A DNA stretch of 63,624 bases, filler included, from Folioceros fuciformis (lineage: Eukaryota): NCBI GenBank assembly GCA_049999805.1. It is 6 parts of 6 records of this genome, joined end to end, with 100 filler letters (N's around TTAATTAATTAA, not from the genome) between each part and the next. Parts side by side here need not be neighbours in the genome. Positions count along the whole stretch, not along the records: positions 1 to 9,942 come from JBNGIO010003112.1; positions 10,043 to 22,285 come from JBNGIO010003113.1; 4 more parts are not named here. One strand, 5' to 3'. A program made the translations under genes and the position numbers. Shown in pieces: positions 1-13,137 of the stretch; the first letter of the stretch is position 1, and every line of letters begins with the position of its first letter. The notes under the pieces are model-generated. The model made no database searches and was not told where the DNA came from. It saw only the letters and a program-made list of their open reading frames with translations.

Positions 1-2953
1 GGTAACGGAAAGTGATCCTTTTGAGTCACCTTGTTCAACCTCCTCCAGTCCTGGCATACTCGAATTTTCCCGGGCTGTTTCTTGGGTACCACTACAATTG
101 GTGCCACCCATTCAGAGGTGACAATGGGATAAATGATGTATGCCTTTAGATACAGCTCTAGCTGTTCCTTTACTTTCAGGGAGTAGTTTGGGTTCAACTT
201 ATACTGGGGTATCCTTACGGGCACTGCCCCTGGCTCCAGCTCAATCCTATGCTCTCCCCACTCCTTGGGAATGCCCTTCATATCTGTGACATCAAACGCA
301 AACACATCAATAAACTCGGCCAGCAGGTCCTTCATCCCTTCCTCCAGCACCGCATCCAGCTTGGTGGAGAACTTAAGGATTTTTCCTGGCAGGACCTCCA
401 CATCCTTGATCTCATCCGCCTGTACCCACTCTCGTTCGATCGGTGCTGAAGTAACACCAAACCCTTCCTTTGGCCTTCGGGGCTCTGCCTCCCTCATCCC
501 CCATTCACAGAAAAGCTCTTCAGAGGTGATCCTCGTGACGCCCTCCTGATCCTTAGGAATCCTCATGTCCAGATCACCCTCTTTGATCCCTTCCGATCCG
601 ACTACCTTGGTACCCTCTTGGGCTACCGTCCGTTCCCTTCGGGCCTCCGCTGTAGTCCAAGGGACTACCTTACGTTCCCCTAAGGAAATTTCTTCTTCCC
701 CCGTCTCCTCATCTGCCTCCGCCTCTGTGACCCTGTAACAACTAACCATAGGTAGCTGCCACTGGTAATCCTTCTCTTCCTCCGACCACGAGATATGCGC
801 AAACGGAAATCTTTCATCCTCATCTGCCTGCCCTTCCGTGTCTTCGGCTGAAGTGTACCCCTCCGTCTCAGAGGGTGTCTCACTTGCGTACATATCCTTA
901 CTCCAAGACAAACACATTCTTCCTTCCTTAGCCTTTGGATCCCAGTTCACTGGTTTATAGCCTACTTCCTTCCGCCCCCATTTGAACGTGCACCTGGCAC
1001 CATACATCTAGGTTCTGCCAATCAGCACCTTATAACCCGGGGCTTTCTGCCTGATCACGACATAGTCCATGAGGTAGGGGATAGTTCCAATATGGGTTAA
1101 TACCCCAAGAATTTCTCCGACTGGCGCCATTTTTGACATATCTGCCAATCGCAAGACCTTGGCAGTGTGCTCGATTTCCAAACCCAATTTCCGGGCTGTG
1201 TCTTCAGTCATAATGTTTACTCCAGACCCTGTGTCCAAAGGTACTTTCTTAATTACACATCCCGCGATTTCGATTTGCAGCTCGGCTGGTCCTTGATCTG
1301 TCATGGTTACCAAATTCACAGCGTGCATCCTTGGTCGCACCCTTGGCAGACTTGGTTTCCTCCTTGGTTGTGCCATCTTCAATGCTCGCCTCAACTGCTG
1401 CCGATATCACGGTGTATCTTGGAGCAATTGTCCAAAAGTCACCATGAATTTCTGATCCATGATGGCTTCCGCCAAATCCAGCACTCGTGATCTCCCCTTC
1501 TCTACCCCTGCCGTGGGCCGAGAGGCCGCGTCCTTTGGCTCATCCTGTTCCCTTGCTGGCGTGGTCTTGGCTGGCCCCCCTTTCGTTGCCGCATCCTCCA
1601 GCGAGTGATTCAACTCCTCTTGGATCATATCAGCCACCTCCTGACGCACATCCGGAGGAAATCCCAATTTCCTCATTTCATCTAGCCGCAAATCCTTTCC
1701 TCCTTCTTCTGCCTTCTGGCCCATCCCCTTCTGGGGTCGTCGTTCTTCCTCCACGCGCGGTGCTGACTCCTCGGCTCAACCACCTCTAAATTCCTCCTTA
1801 CCCGAATTTTGTGGGGGTTCCTCTGTCCTTGGCAATTCCTGTTCCTCCTTGCTGATCGGAGTGGCGGGGTCTTCTGTACTGGAGGATGTAGTTCGGTCCT
1901 TTCCTCCATGCTCCCTCTGCCCCGACTGCTTATTCTTTGCTGCTTTTGGTTGTCCCCGAGTTCGGACGGCCATCGCAGGGGCTTCCTCGTAATATTGTCC
2001 GTCCAAGCTACCCAATCCTTCCAACTTCCTCAACATGCTTCCTTCCGCATCTTCCCATACAGCCATTAATGCGTCTGTCACCGGTATCGCAGGAGGAGCA
2101 CTTGGACCAGGGGCGTGAATCACTGTTGCTGGGGTGGGGGTAATCCTTACGTGTTTCTTTGGCGCAGCACACAAAACGCTTCCGGCCACATGGCCCATTT
2201 GCTTGCAGTCAGTGCACAGCCTCTCATAGTCCCCATTCCCTTGGCGCGGCGCCGAGGGACAGCTGTTCGCAAAGTGCCCTATGCCTCGACAATTATAGCA
2301 CTGGATTGTTGTCAGCTGCGTCGGATTTATGGGGGTTTTTCCTGGTATGGGTGCATTGTTACGTAAATGTGGAGGGTAGACCGTCTTGGGGTATCCCATC
2401 ATGGGCATCGTTTCCTGAATTTGATAGGCGTCCTCTAAGTAAGCCTCCTCCTTCTCCTCTTCGTATTCCGCGATCTGCACCTTAACCTGCGGACAACTCG
2501 CCTTGGAGTGTCCCTACTGTCCGCATGTTGAACAAAAAAGATTTTCCCGTCCCCCCGTCGCGACCCTCCTCCTCTCATGGTCCTTTACAGCATTGATTTG
2601 CAGTTTTTCCAGTTTGGCCAAAATCTCTCCCATCTTGTTCCCTTGCTCTTCAACCTTCTTGGTTGCCAACTCTACCTCCTTCCTCACTTGCTCAGCCCTT
2701 CTCTTTGCACTCCCAGGCTCTACCTTGATCCTCCCCGACTCCCTATTTCTGGACTGAATTTTTTTTCGCAATCCATGCTTACTCGACTACCTGTGCTTCC
2801 TCCTTCTCTAATCCTCCGATGAGTCTTCCGCTGAACTTGACAAATCCTCAGTGGTCGCGTTGTCCGAAACGGTCCTCGAGGATCCCCCCTTCGCTGATGA
2901 GTCGTCCTCCGAGGAGGAGTACTTCTTCTTCCCCTTTGAATGTTTCTTCCACA
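1..2953 (-). mobile_element. Degenerate Ty3/Gypsy LTR retrotransposon fragment (gag, protease, start of RT), probably non-chromovirus
   Basis: Minus strand: zinc knuckles CSTCGQ, CYNCRGIGHFANSC and CTDCKQMGH; protease LDTGSG (1008-1394); RT start SEWVAPIVVVPKKQPGKIRVCQDWRRLNKVTQKDHFPLP at 1-120. PR followed directly by RT is the Gypsy order. Stops and frameshifts; no LTR seen. Confidence 0.9.
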
Positions 2954-4120
2954 TTTGAGATGTTTGTGTTATGTGCCATCCACACATGAGATCCTGATAA
3001 GCAGGGATGTGGTATTTGATGAGTTAGCCTCCTAGTATAGCAACTCAATTGCACTACCCTATGACGAATTCACAGGGGAGAGTACTATTAAGAGTACTCC
3101 AGCAAAGAGTGAGGATGTTACTAATGGTGGATCACCAACGATGAATCCATGGTCTGGAAGACTGCGAAATGGTAAACCCAATACCACTGACCCGGATATG
3201 TCAGTGAGGAGGAGAGTAGAAAGCAGCAAAATTGGAAATGAGGGATATGAATCATCAAGTAGTGAGAGCATTGACAGTCAGTTTGGCATTCCGTCTGTGG
3301 AAACGCCAGGTGCTAAGGAGCAACAATATGCAAGGCAGGTTCAACCTGAACCAAGACCAAGGAGATCTGAGAGGGTTAGGAAACCCATTGAGAGGTACAC
3401 CTATACAAGCTACAATGCGCAACATTATGCGTATATGACAAGGGTCACAGCCTGTAAAGAGCCAACCAAGTTTGCTGAGGCAGTGACAGATGATAAGTGG
3501 TGTCAAGCCATGGATGAAGAATACGCAGCATTAGTTGAGAACGGAACGTGGAATTTAGTTCAATTGCCTGATGGCAAGGTTCCTATTGGTTCTAAGTGGG
3601 TGTACAAGCTGAAGTTCAAGTCAGATGGAACGCTGGAGCGTTACAAGGCCAAGTTGCTTGCAAAGGGATATGCACAACAATATGGTCTTGATTATGAGGA
3701 ACCCTTTAGTCCAGTAGCCAAGATGACAGCTGTAAGGACAATCATAGCATCAGCAGCAGCTAAAGGATGGAAGTTATGGCAAATGGATGTCAAGAATGCT
3801 TTCTTGAATGGTGAGTTGCAGGAGGAAGTGTACATCGAACAGCCTGAAGGCTATGTTCATCCTAAGTTTCCAACGTACGTATGCAAATTGAAGAAGGCAT
3901 TGTATGGACTCAAACAGGCACCTAGAGCATGGAATGCTGGTATCACAAGCTATTTGAAGGAGCGACGGTTTGTGATTGGAGACGCAGATCACAGTCTGTT
4001 TGTAAAACAGAACAAGGTAGGACAAGTGTGTGTTGTCATTTATGTTGACGACCTGATTTTCACAGGAGATGATGCAGATGGTATTGCAGATGTCAAGGCG
4101 AATCTGCAAAAAGAGTTCAA
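2954..4120 (+). mobile_element. Ty1/Copia fragment (integrase C-terminus and RT)
   Basis: ISRDVVFDE, then KWVYKLK, YKAKLLAKGY, QMDVKNAFLNG, LYGLKQAPRAW and YVDD. Truncated after EFK. Confidence 0.93.
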
Positions 4121-4624
4121 GGTTTTGTTTATAGATCTAGAATGTATTGCAATTGATGCAGTCAGCCTAGTGCATTTCCATTAAATTGTCATTTGACAAT
4201 TCAATGCAGATACACTATGACAACTACCTAGATAGCAATTGTATCCTAGCAATTTATACTAGAATATATAAATTTTTAGCCTACCTTTTATACTAGAACA
4301 AAATATTCTATTCTATATCTAGATTTACAATCTAGATAGTATCTTCAATAAAATGTTTAACTGCATGAATTAAACAGTTTTATGTTTTAGTATTTCACTA
4401 ATAAATTTCAGTAAAGACTAAAATTCAGCAAATAATGATAAACGAATTTATGATTTATTACCTTGAGCAGATTGTTGTTTATTTGCTTAGGATTTTATCC
4501 TAAACAACATGAAAGAATAGATTGCAGTTATCATTCTGTAATTTCCTCAATTAATTAATATATTTCAAAAAATGCTTATACAACATCTGCTAGCAATAAT
4601 AATTCCCTTACCAATTCTGATTGG

Positions 4625-7372
4625 ATGGAAATTGACGATGCGGCTGATCTTGATTGGAACCCTCCTTTTGGTAATCTAAACCCAAGAGAATTGTTCCCTT
4701 GTAAAATGTCATTTGGAGAACATGTTGTATTGAGCCAAGAACGTGGTCAGTGTTATGGCTGCAATGCACAATTTTCAAAACTACAAGATGAGGGAGGGAG
4801 ACTCAATAGAAAAGCATGTTGGTGCGTTTAGAGCATTGGCTGCAAAGTGTGAAAGTTCCTCTAGCGAGGTGATGGAAGAGTAGGACCTCTGTATGGCACT
4901 CATGTTATCCCTGCCATATTCGTGGTCACATTTTGTGACATCACACACAGCTACTCAAACCCAAGTTGCTAAGCTAGCAAGACTCGTAGGGGTAACTTTA
5001 CCTTCCATGTCTTTTGCTGAGCTAGTGGGAGCCCTAATGCAAGAGGAGGCAAGTAGGGGCCAACATAGACGTGCAGGAAAACAACAGGCCCTAGGGATAC
5101 ACATCCAACAACAACAACAAAAAGGGCACAAGGCCCAGCTTTCGTGGTTCTCAATCTCCTAACAGAGGAGCTTCAAAGCTTGGAAGTTCTCCACAGAAGT
5201 CAAATAACCAGAAAGTAAAAAGACCAGGTAATTGTAACTATTGTGGCATACCTGGTCACTAGGCACGTGACTATAGGAAAAAGCAAGCCACTGAATCTCG
5301 CAAGGAACCTTCAACGGGTGCATCCAGTCAAGTCGTGGTGAAGAAACAACCTACTCCCTCTGCCCTTACAGTTTTGACTAGGGAGAATGTAATTGTCTCA
5401 CTAGTCCAGCCCATCTGCCTGGCTGCAAATTCATTCACCCAATGTTCTAATGAGTGGTTTATAGATACAGGCGCTACTGCACACATCTGTTTTGACATAA
5501 GTGCATTTACCACATACTGGTCAGTCAAAGATGAGTATGTTTACCTAGGAGATGATAGATCTCTGGTTACACTTGGCAAAGGCACAATTAAATTGTTACT
5601 ACCTTCTAGGGTCACTTTGCTTCTTAATGAAGTCTACTATGTGCTTGATATGACAAGGAATTTGATATCTGTCAAGCAAATGAATGCAAATAACAATTGT
5701 CATGTATTGTTTACACAAGCAGAATGCCAACTTATAGATGCATTTGATCATAGGAAAATACTTGCCTTTGGGTCATCTGCAGATGGTTTGTTCCTTCTTC
5801 ATACAAAGCAGGAACCTGAAGAGTCTAATCTAAAACAAGATGTATTGTTATCCTCTGACCAGCAAGTAGAAAAGTCTAAACTTTGGCATGCTAGATTGGG
5901 ACATCCACATCATGCTAAGTTGCAGAAACTAGCAATAAGTGATTTGTATCGAGATGGGAAGATAGGTTCCTTACCCAATTTGCCACTGTGTGAAGCCTGT
6001 GTGCTTTCTAAAAGACATTAAGCTGCTTTTAAAAATCAGACTCCCCACAAAGCACATGAAACCTTGGAACTTGTGCATACAAACCTATTGGGCCTCTTCC
6101 TCAAGAGTCCATAGGTGGGGGGAAGTACTTCTTGACCTTCATAGATGATAAAACCAAATTTGTTACTTCATACATCTTGAAAGACAAGTATGAGTGTTTT
6201 TCCTATTTCAAGGAGTATATTAAATAATCTGAAAGGTGGACTAGAAAACCATTGAAGATATTGAGATAAGACAATGGTGGGGAATTTACTTCCAAAGCTC
6301 CCCAGGACTACTGTACAAATGCTGGTATTGGAAGACAACTTACAGTTGTGTACACACCTCAGCAGAATGGAGTAGCTGAGTGCTTGAATTTGACGCTACA
6401 AGAAATGACATCATGTTTGCTTCATCAAGTTAAACTTCCTCTACCATATTGAGCAGAAGCATTAACGACAGCAACTTACCTCAAGAATAGATTGCCAACA
6501 AATTCAGTTGAGAATATGACACCCTATAAGGCCTTTATAGGCCAAAAGCCATCTATTCAGCACCTTAGAATCTTTGGCTGTGTTGCTTATGCTTTTGTTC
6601 CCGAGGAAAAATGCAAGAAAATTTCAAATAAGTCCAAGAAGCTTCTCATGCTTGGTTACACAGAAGGCATCAAGGCATATAAGCTGTATGATGTTTCTAA
6701 AAATAAAATTTCCTATGCAAGAAGTGTTACTTTTGATGAAAATACCTTTGGTTCAATGGGAGATGATAAGGATAAATCTAATGACTTTGTTGTTGAAGAG
6801 AGCGAAGATGTATCAGCCCTTCCTCCAACTTCTCATTTTGATCAGACATATCATGGCACTTCTTCATCTATTAGTGCAAAAGCTGATAATTCTTCCGCAG
6901 CTGAACCTCCACAGCAAAATCAATCTCCTAAAATTGTTGAGCAGTTACCTCCTCCTGGACAGCAACCCAACACAGAAGTTGCTATACCTACAGCTAATGT
7001 TCAGGATGAAAATATTAATCCTGCAGAGGGGAACATATAAGGGAACTTTGACTTACTTAATCAAGCACTTGAGCCAGAGTATCCACCACATCGCTACCCA
7101 GTTCGTGATTGACGTGCCCCAAATTAATATCGTGCTCCAGATTTCAGAGCTAGTAGAGCAGGAGTTTCCTGTGCTGAAATTCTGGCTGTAACATCTCTGC
7201 CCCTTGAACCTCAGTCTCTGGAAGAAGCCTTGAGCAAACCTGATAGTAAGCATTATAAGGTAGCTCTTAAATCAAAATATGATTCTTTGATTGAGAATGG
7301 CACTTGGGAGTTAGTGTCATTACCTCCTGACGAGAATTTGGTATCTTGTAAATGAGTTTTTAAGTTGAAGGT
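4625..7372 (+). mobile_element. Ty1/Copia fragment (gag, PR, IN, RT start), interrupted at 7373 by another element
   Basis: Zinc knuckle CNYCGIPGH, protease WFIDTGAT, LWHARLGH/CEAC, HLRIFGC, then NGTWELV. Many stops. Confidence 0.92.
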
Positions 7373-9942
7373 TGATAATAAGCAGAAGCTTGTTGTAAAC
7401 ATTGAATGAATTAATTAAAATATAAAATCGTGTATGTTTAAATACTGACTAAAGTGTCTATTCACTTTAACCTAACTACCAGTAGGTTATAACTGGTTAA
7501 TCTGTGTTAGGATATCATTTATTATCCCTAACACTCCCACTTAGCCGTAGACACAGATTAATGATTAATCAACCATTAAAACTCGTTACGCTTGGGTCAC
7601 ACGGGTTCCTCCACGACTGAACGGATCGGTCAGTGATTACTCCTACTCTTCAAGAGTTGCACCTACTCTTCTGATTGTCGTTCCTGACTCGTGCAACTTC
7701 AAGGCCGTGAGCAATGGGGCCGTTCTTGGTTGTCTCTATATGCTTGCTCACCACATTTCTAACATGTAGAGTTGAAGCAGCGCTGATCAGCAAGATGGTG
7801 CTGACCAAGAATCGCATCCTGCCTTGCCAAGAGCAACCTTATGTGCACCATATTGGAATAGGCCATCCAAGCTCAAGTCTGGTGAAGACCGTAGGCACTG
7901 GAGAACCCTGGCTTCCAGATTCACAGAGGCGACCGACTTTGGCTTACACGAACATGTTCCGCCACCTACATGCTATCCTGAAGAAGTGCGATGAGTTGAA
8001 AGAGGCCCTGAAGGAGTCAAGCTGCAGACTGTATGAGTTGCAGGAGTTGCTATCTCCCAAGCCTGATCCTAAGGATCTTAACCATCCCTTGACAGAGATA
8101 GAGTGTCACCACTTAGTGAAGGAGCTGATCCTGATGGGTTATGTTGAAGAGGTTGACGGTGGAAAACCTTACAGTCCCTCTCATGTCTATTGGTAAGCGA
8201 CTAAGACTGCTACTATGCAGTTTGCTGTAGACAGTTTACGTTTCATACTCTAAACTTGTTGGCTTCATCCACTAAATTGCTGCTAATTGAACTTGCCTGT
8301 ATCAAGAAGGACAATAACGGGAAGATATTTAAGCAGACAGGGTGGGAGTCTGGACCTCCTTAACCAATCAACAATAAAAAACACCAAGTCCTAGGGTTTC
8401 TTCATCCTTCCCATAGGGCAAGTGACAGCCTCAAGTTGTAGAAGAGGGAGTAGGCATAACAAAATCCTTAAGCCTAAGAGCTGCCACATGTCTATAGTGC
8501 TTTGTTTTACCAAGTCCCTTAGTCAAAACATCGGCAGTGTTGTTGTCTATATGTATGTACTCGACTTTTACAACTCCTCTTTCTACTGCATCACATATAA
8601 AATGATGATACAACTCTATGTATTTTGTTCGTGCATGAAATCTTGGATTTGAGACCAAGGCAATGGCACTCATATTATCACAGAAGAGCTAGGTTAGTAC
8701 ATTTTGAGGTAAGTGAATACCATCTAGAAATTGCCTCTCCCACTCCGCTTCCTTACAAGCATCTGTTAAGGCTTTATACTCAACTTCAGTGCTGGACAGC
8801 GCTAACAATGCTTGCTTTTTACAGGACCAATTTACAAATCCCGACACAAGTTGAAACACATAGGCTGAAAGGCTCCGTCTAGTATTAGCATCTGAAACCC
8901 AGTCGGCATCAGCCCAAGAGGTAAGTACCATCTGTTTATGTCCACTGGCTATATAACGCAAGCCTAGATGAATTGTACCCTTAAGATATCAATAAATCCT
9001 CTTGACAACAGCCTAATGAGGTCTGCCTGGGCATTTGAGAAATTGGCTAACAGTACTCACTGCATAGGAGATATCGGGGCGAGTCCAGTTGGCAATGAAA
9101 ATAAGACAACCCATAGCCTCAGCATAAGGTACAGCTTGCATGTCAGCAAGATCTTGAGCAGTTGTTGGGGACATGTATGTTGTGAGCTTTACTCCCACTG
9201 CTGAGGGAGTGGACACTGGACAAGCAGAATCAAGACCAAAACGTTTCAAGATCTCCTTGAGATATTTAATTTGACGTAGTATAATTGCTCCAGCAGGCCT
9301 ATCCCGTAAGATCTGAATTCCAAGACAAAACGATAATTCGCCTTAGTCTGTCATCTCAAACTCTGCTCGAAGCAAAGCCTTTGCCTTATCTAACATGGAG
9401 GTACTATTACTCAACAAGATGGCATCGTCGACATAAAGGGCAAGAATAACAATGACGGCTCCTTCTAAGAAATAAAACACATTGGAGTATGCCCCACACT
9501 GCACAAAGCCCTTCTGCTTGAGGTACTTCATTATTCGTTTATACCAAGCCCTCGGGCTTTGTTTCAATCCGTAGAGAGTTTTCAGGAGCTTACATACTTG
9601 CTGACGCCGCTGGGTACTAACAAAGCCCTCTAGCTGCTCAATGTACAGGACCTCCTCCAGCTCACCATGGAGAAACGTTGTACACACATCCATCTGATGT
9701 ACCTCAAGGTCAAACTCTGCAGCCATAGCAAGTAAAATCTGAATAGACAGTGGTTTAACAACAGGAGAAAATGTCTCCCCATAATCCACTCCTGGGATTT
9801 GGCTAAACCCTCTTGCAACTAGTCGAGACTTATAGCGGGCAGTTGTGCCATTAGACTTTAGCTTTGTTTTAAACACCACTTACAGGTAATGGGTTTACGT
9901 CCAGGAGGTAAGTCCACCAATTCCCATGTATTGTTCTTTATT
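7373..9942 (-). mobile_element. Ty1/Copia 3' half (RT, RNase H, long 3' region, PPT, ~161-bp 3' LTR at 7373-7533)
   Basis: YKSRLVARGF and YVDD (9343-9879); ADADW and ARTKYIE RNase H motifs; PPT AAGTGGGAG (7534-7542) followed by TGTTAG on the minus strand. Confidence 0.9.
7714..8196 (+). CDS. Antisense accessory ORF inside a Copia 3' region, unknown function
   Basis: Open 160 codons between RNase H and the PPT, opposite to pol; similar by eye to a disrupted antisense frame at ~59370-60003. Confidence 0.55.
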   Translation: MGPFLVVSICLLTTFLTCRVEAALISKMVLTKNRILPCQEQPYVHHIGIGHPSSSLVKTVGTGEPWLPDSQRRPTLAYTNMFRHLHAILKKCDELKEALKESSCRLYELQELLSPKPDPKDLNHPLTEIECHHLVKELILMGYVEEVDGGKPYSPSHVYW

Positions 9943-10042
9943 NNNNNNNNNNNNNNNNNNNNNNNNNNNNNNNNNNNNNNNNNNNNTTAATTAATTAANN
10001 NNNNNNNNNNNNNNNNNNNNNNNNNNNNNNNNNNNNNNNNNN
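9943..10042. other. Artificial assembly spacer
   Basis: N44-TTAATTAATTAA-N44; the same spacer occurs five times in the window. Confidence 0.97.
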
Positions 10043-11379
10043 TCAGTCTTCTATGGCCGAGGAACCATTTCGGCTGGAAGCTGATCCCGCTGAATAAGCT
10101 ACCGTTTTCAGGCCAGGTTCCGGCTGCTGATCCCACTCCTTCCCACCTCCTCTCTATCTCTCCCACTTCTCATACTCCTCCCCTGGAGGCTGGCTCAGCC
10201 ACCAAGGGTGAACAGTTGTAGGGGAAGACCTAGCGGGCGACCATCCAGCAAGGAAGAGGCAGCGTCCGTAGATCTTTGAAGATCAGACATCCTCCGAAGT
10301 CTCAGGATAGTCTAAGAGGTGGTAGATCCTTGTGGTGGTAGGGCTAGGAGCTCATTGGTGGCAGGTTGTGCTAGAAGTCTAAATAAGTGGCTGGTGACAG
10401 TCGGCTAGGCTATTAAAATAATATTTCTCAAGTTAGAGAGAGGTGAAGTCAAAGAGAGAGAGAGGCTCCTATAAGATCAGGTGAGCCTGTAGGAGGAGGG
10501 AGTCATTCACTTTGGGAGTCAGTCTATCTCTTTGTGAGCTCTTGGAGGTCCTCTCTTCATGAGCTCTTGTGGTCTGTCCCTGCTTGGTTTAGGACCTGCA
10601 GTGTGTTGCCGGGTGTGCAACGTCTGGTAGGATCGCAAGCTGTGTGTTGCCGGCTGTACAGTGTTTGGTAGGATCGCAGGTAGCGTGTTGCCGGCTGTAC
10701 AGTGTCTGGAAGGATCGCAGGCAGCATGTTGCCGGTTGTATAGTGTCTGGTAGGATCACAAGGTGTAATGACCAGGGTGTAGGGGCTTGCCCCTGGCTCT
10801 TGATTGTAAAGGATGTGTCTTTCTCTTGACCTATCCACTCTTGTTCCTTGCTTGGACAAGTGCTGTAGGCCGGCCATGTTTCATGGTGTCTGGTAAGGTT
10901 GTGGGGGGGAGATATCCAAGAGGGGAGTGTGTTCCCTTCTTTCTTTTGTTTGGGGTTAGTCTAGTGACTCTTGCCGGGTAGGAGGAGTCAGCAGGGAAGT
11001 GTAGAAGGTAGTGGTGTCGTTGCTGGTTGTTGGTAGTTGCTGGTGTTGGTGCTGGAGTGAGAGAGTGAGTGAAGTGTGTGAGGGAAGTCGCAGATCTGAG
11101 AGGTTAGAGTCGTCGTAGTGATTGGAGTGAGTTTGTGGGCACCGAGAGACGTGCAGCTGATCGCCGGACAGCGAGGCCTGTCCTGCGCCTGATCAGAGCT
11201 GGAGGGGAACCCTCGAATCCATCATCGAGTCGTTCAAGTCCGACCCTCCATCCACAGCAGCAAGGAACCCCATCGCTCCTTCGTGGGAACGAAACCCAAT
11301 GTCTCAACGACAGTGGGATAAGTGTGGCCACTAAAGGTGGAACCCGTTGGCAATTAGTGCCCGGGGTTTTGCCTCCACA
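10043..11379 (-). repeat. Dispersed long repeat, probable large LTR (copy 1 of 3)
   Basis: Highly similar to 44473-45415 (+) and 58066-58520 (-); begins TGTGGAGGCAAAACCCCGGG on its own strand; runs into a gap. Confidence 0.85.
10603..10757. repeat. 41-bp minisatellite (4 units) inside the dispersed repeat
   Basis: Unit approximately GTGTTGCCGGCTGTACAGTGTCTGGTAGGATCGCAGGCAGC; only 3 units in the copy at 45067-45180. Confidence 0.9.
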
Positions 11380-12903
11380 ACTAGATCACTCGTTAGAGAA
11401 AAATACGTCTTTAAAGGGTAGCAAAAACAATTTGCAAGTACTAGGACTTTGATCTTGCAGGCTTGGACCTGCTCGCAAAATCAGTGCTACTCCTTAACCC
11501 AATCTTAGTCTTGTAGACTTGGACCTACTCAAAAGAAACGGCGTTGTCACAAACCAAACGAACGTTTTGTATATATATATATATTGTTGCCCAAAGTTTC
11601 AGCCTTTAGCGCACACAATTCTTCTAAATTATACGTGGTTAGCCGGAATAATTTATCCAAGAAGAAATATCATCTCAGCTCATATGATTTGACATCACAA
11701 AACTAGTTGAAAATTTTCCTCATATACAAGAACACCAGAAGATAATTTTATGCATAATAAAGCTGATAAAAATGATTAAAAATAACTGAGGAGAACGGGG
11801 TGCAATATAATTAAAGAGGGGTCGCGGGCCATGAACGGGTGTGCCGTTCCATTAAACGGGTGTCCCGTTCCCCTCCCCTTGGTGAAACAACTAAATTTGT
11901 CGTTTCGACAAGGGGGCACCGTTTCGGCCCAAGCGCGCCGTTCCTCATGTGTGCAGACCTCGGTGGGCGAGGGGCTATTGGAAATTGCCAGAGCGATCCG
12001 TCGCTGCGACATAGGAGGCTCACCACCATACCTAGGCGGCCTAATAGCCTTTCCTCCCTAAGTGAATTCAGCCACAAATTGTCAGCTAGCATGTCCTCAA
12101 GACATCACTCTTCTCTATCTGGGCTTCCTAGCCCCGAATCAGGCTTCAATTCAAAAAATTTGTTTTTTTGACAAACTTGAGACGAATCAGAAGAGAACGC
12201 TTCGACTGAGCGCTCATCCCTGGGCATGAATTTCTGAGAACGGGAGAGCGGCGTCTCTGATTTGTGTGGCCGAAGATTATGGCGGCTTCAATATTGTCTA
12301 TGATATGCAGGTCTACATAATATTGTAAGGAAGTGAAGATCCGTTGCTCATAGACTCGTTACCATTAGAACTCCACAATTAAGCGCTCCACACATGGATC
12401 AATACCTACATGGGGAGCCTGGCAGTAAAGTGATAGTTTTCTGGTTTTTTTTAGAAATTCTATTTTTAATTAAAAACTCTAGGTTAGGCTAGCATTTCAG
12501 ACTACCTAAAAGAGTATTTTAATGATGCAAACCTTTCAATCTAGATTTGCTTGCTTTTAACTTATGCAAATTCTTAACTATTTGCTTTTAATAAAGAACA
12601 CTTAGATTGACGAGACACAAATCTAGAGCCCTTGCAGCCCATCATGTTCTCAAGAACCTGCTTCTTTATACAGAAAATGATCACAAACACTCAAGACTCA
12701 CATCTTGGATTATTAAAATCCTCAATGATCTTTTGCAGTGATTTTTCTTATCCTTTTTTTTATATATATAAGACATATATCTAGGACCGTTGGAGTCTCT
12801 CATACTCTTTAGAAAGCACAAATCTAATTTAATATGCTATTTCCTTTTCCCTCTACTACTAGAAACATGGAAGAAATAGCTAGCAAGTCCATGGAGGATC
12901 ATT

Positions 12904-13137
12904 GCTCTGATACCAAGTTAGAAATGCCATGCGGAAGCGTCTCGTGTCAAGCACATGCTTTACTAAGAAGGATAAACAATCAACTAAGGTTTAGGTTCAT
13001 ACGTGGGCTTTTAAAGGGTTACGAAGGGTTGTGTCCTTTGGCTAGCTTGCTAGTTAACTAACTACATTTAAAGCTAAGGCCTAGTTAGACTAACCAATGT
13101 GGTACAAAACCAACATGGTCTGCTTTTTCTTCTAACT
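12904..13137 (-). mobile_element. Copia LTR (12916-13137, AGTT...AACT ends) plus tRNA-iMet PBS
   Basis: The reverse complement of PBS TGGTATCAGAGC (12904-12915) abuts the LTR; LTR similar to 21063-21272 and 24419-24643. Confidence 0.8.

Noticed and set aside
9987-9998. Palindromic TTAATTAATTAA recurring five times
   Set aside because: Always centred in an exactly 100-bp N block; a synthetic all-frame-stop linker, not biology.
10603-10757. 41-bp repeats as a CRISPR-like array
   Set aside because: Units are contiguous and similar along their whole length with no unique spacers; no cas genes; eukaryotic LTR context.
10557-11452. ORFs recurring in all three copies of the dispersed repeat
   Set aside because: Conservation simply reflects near-identical DNA; frames differ between copies.
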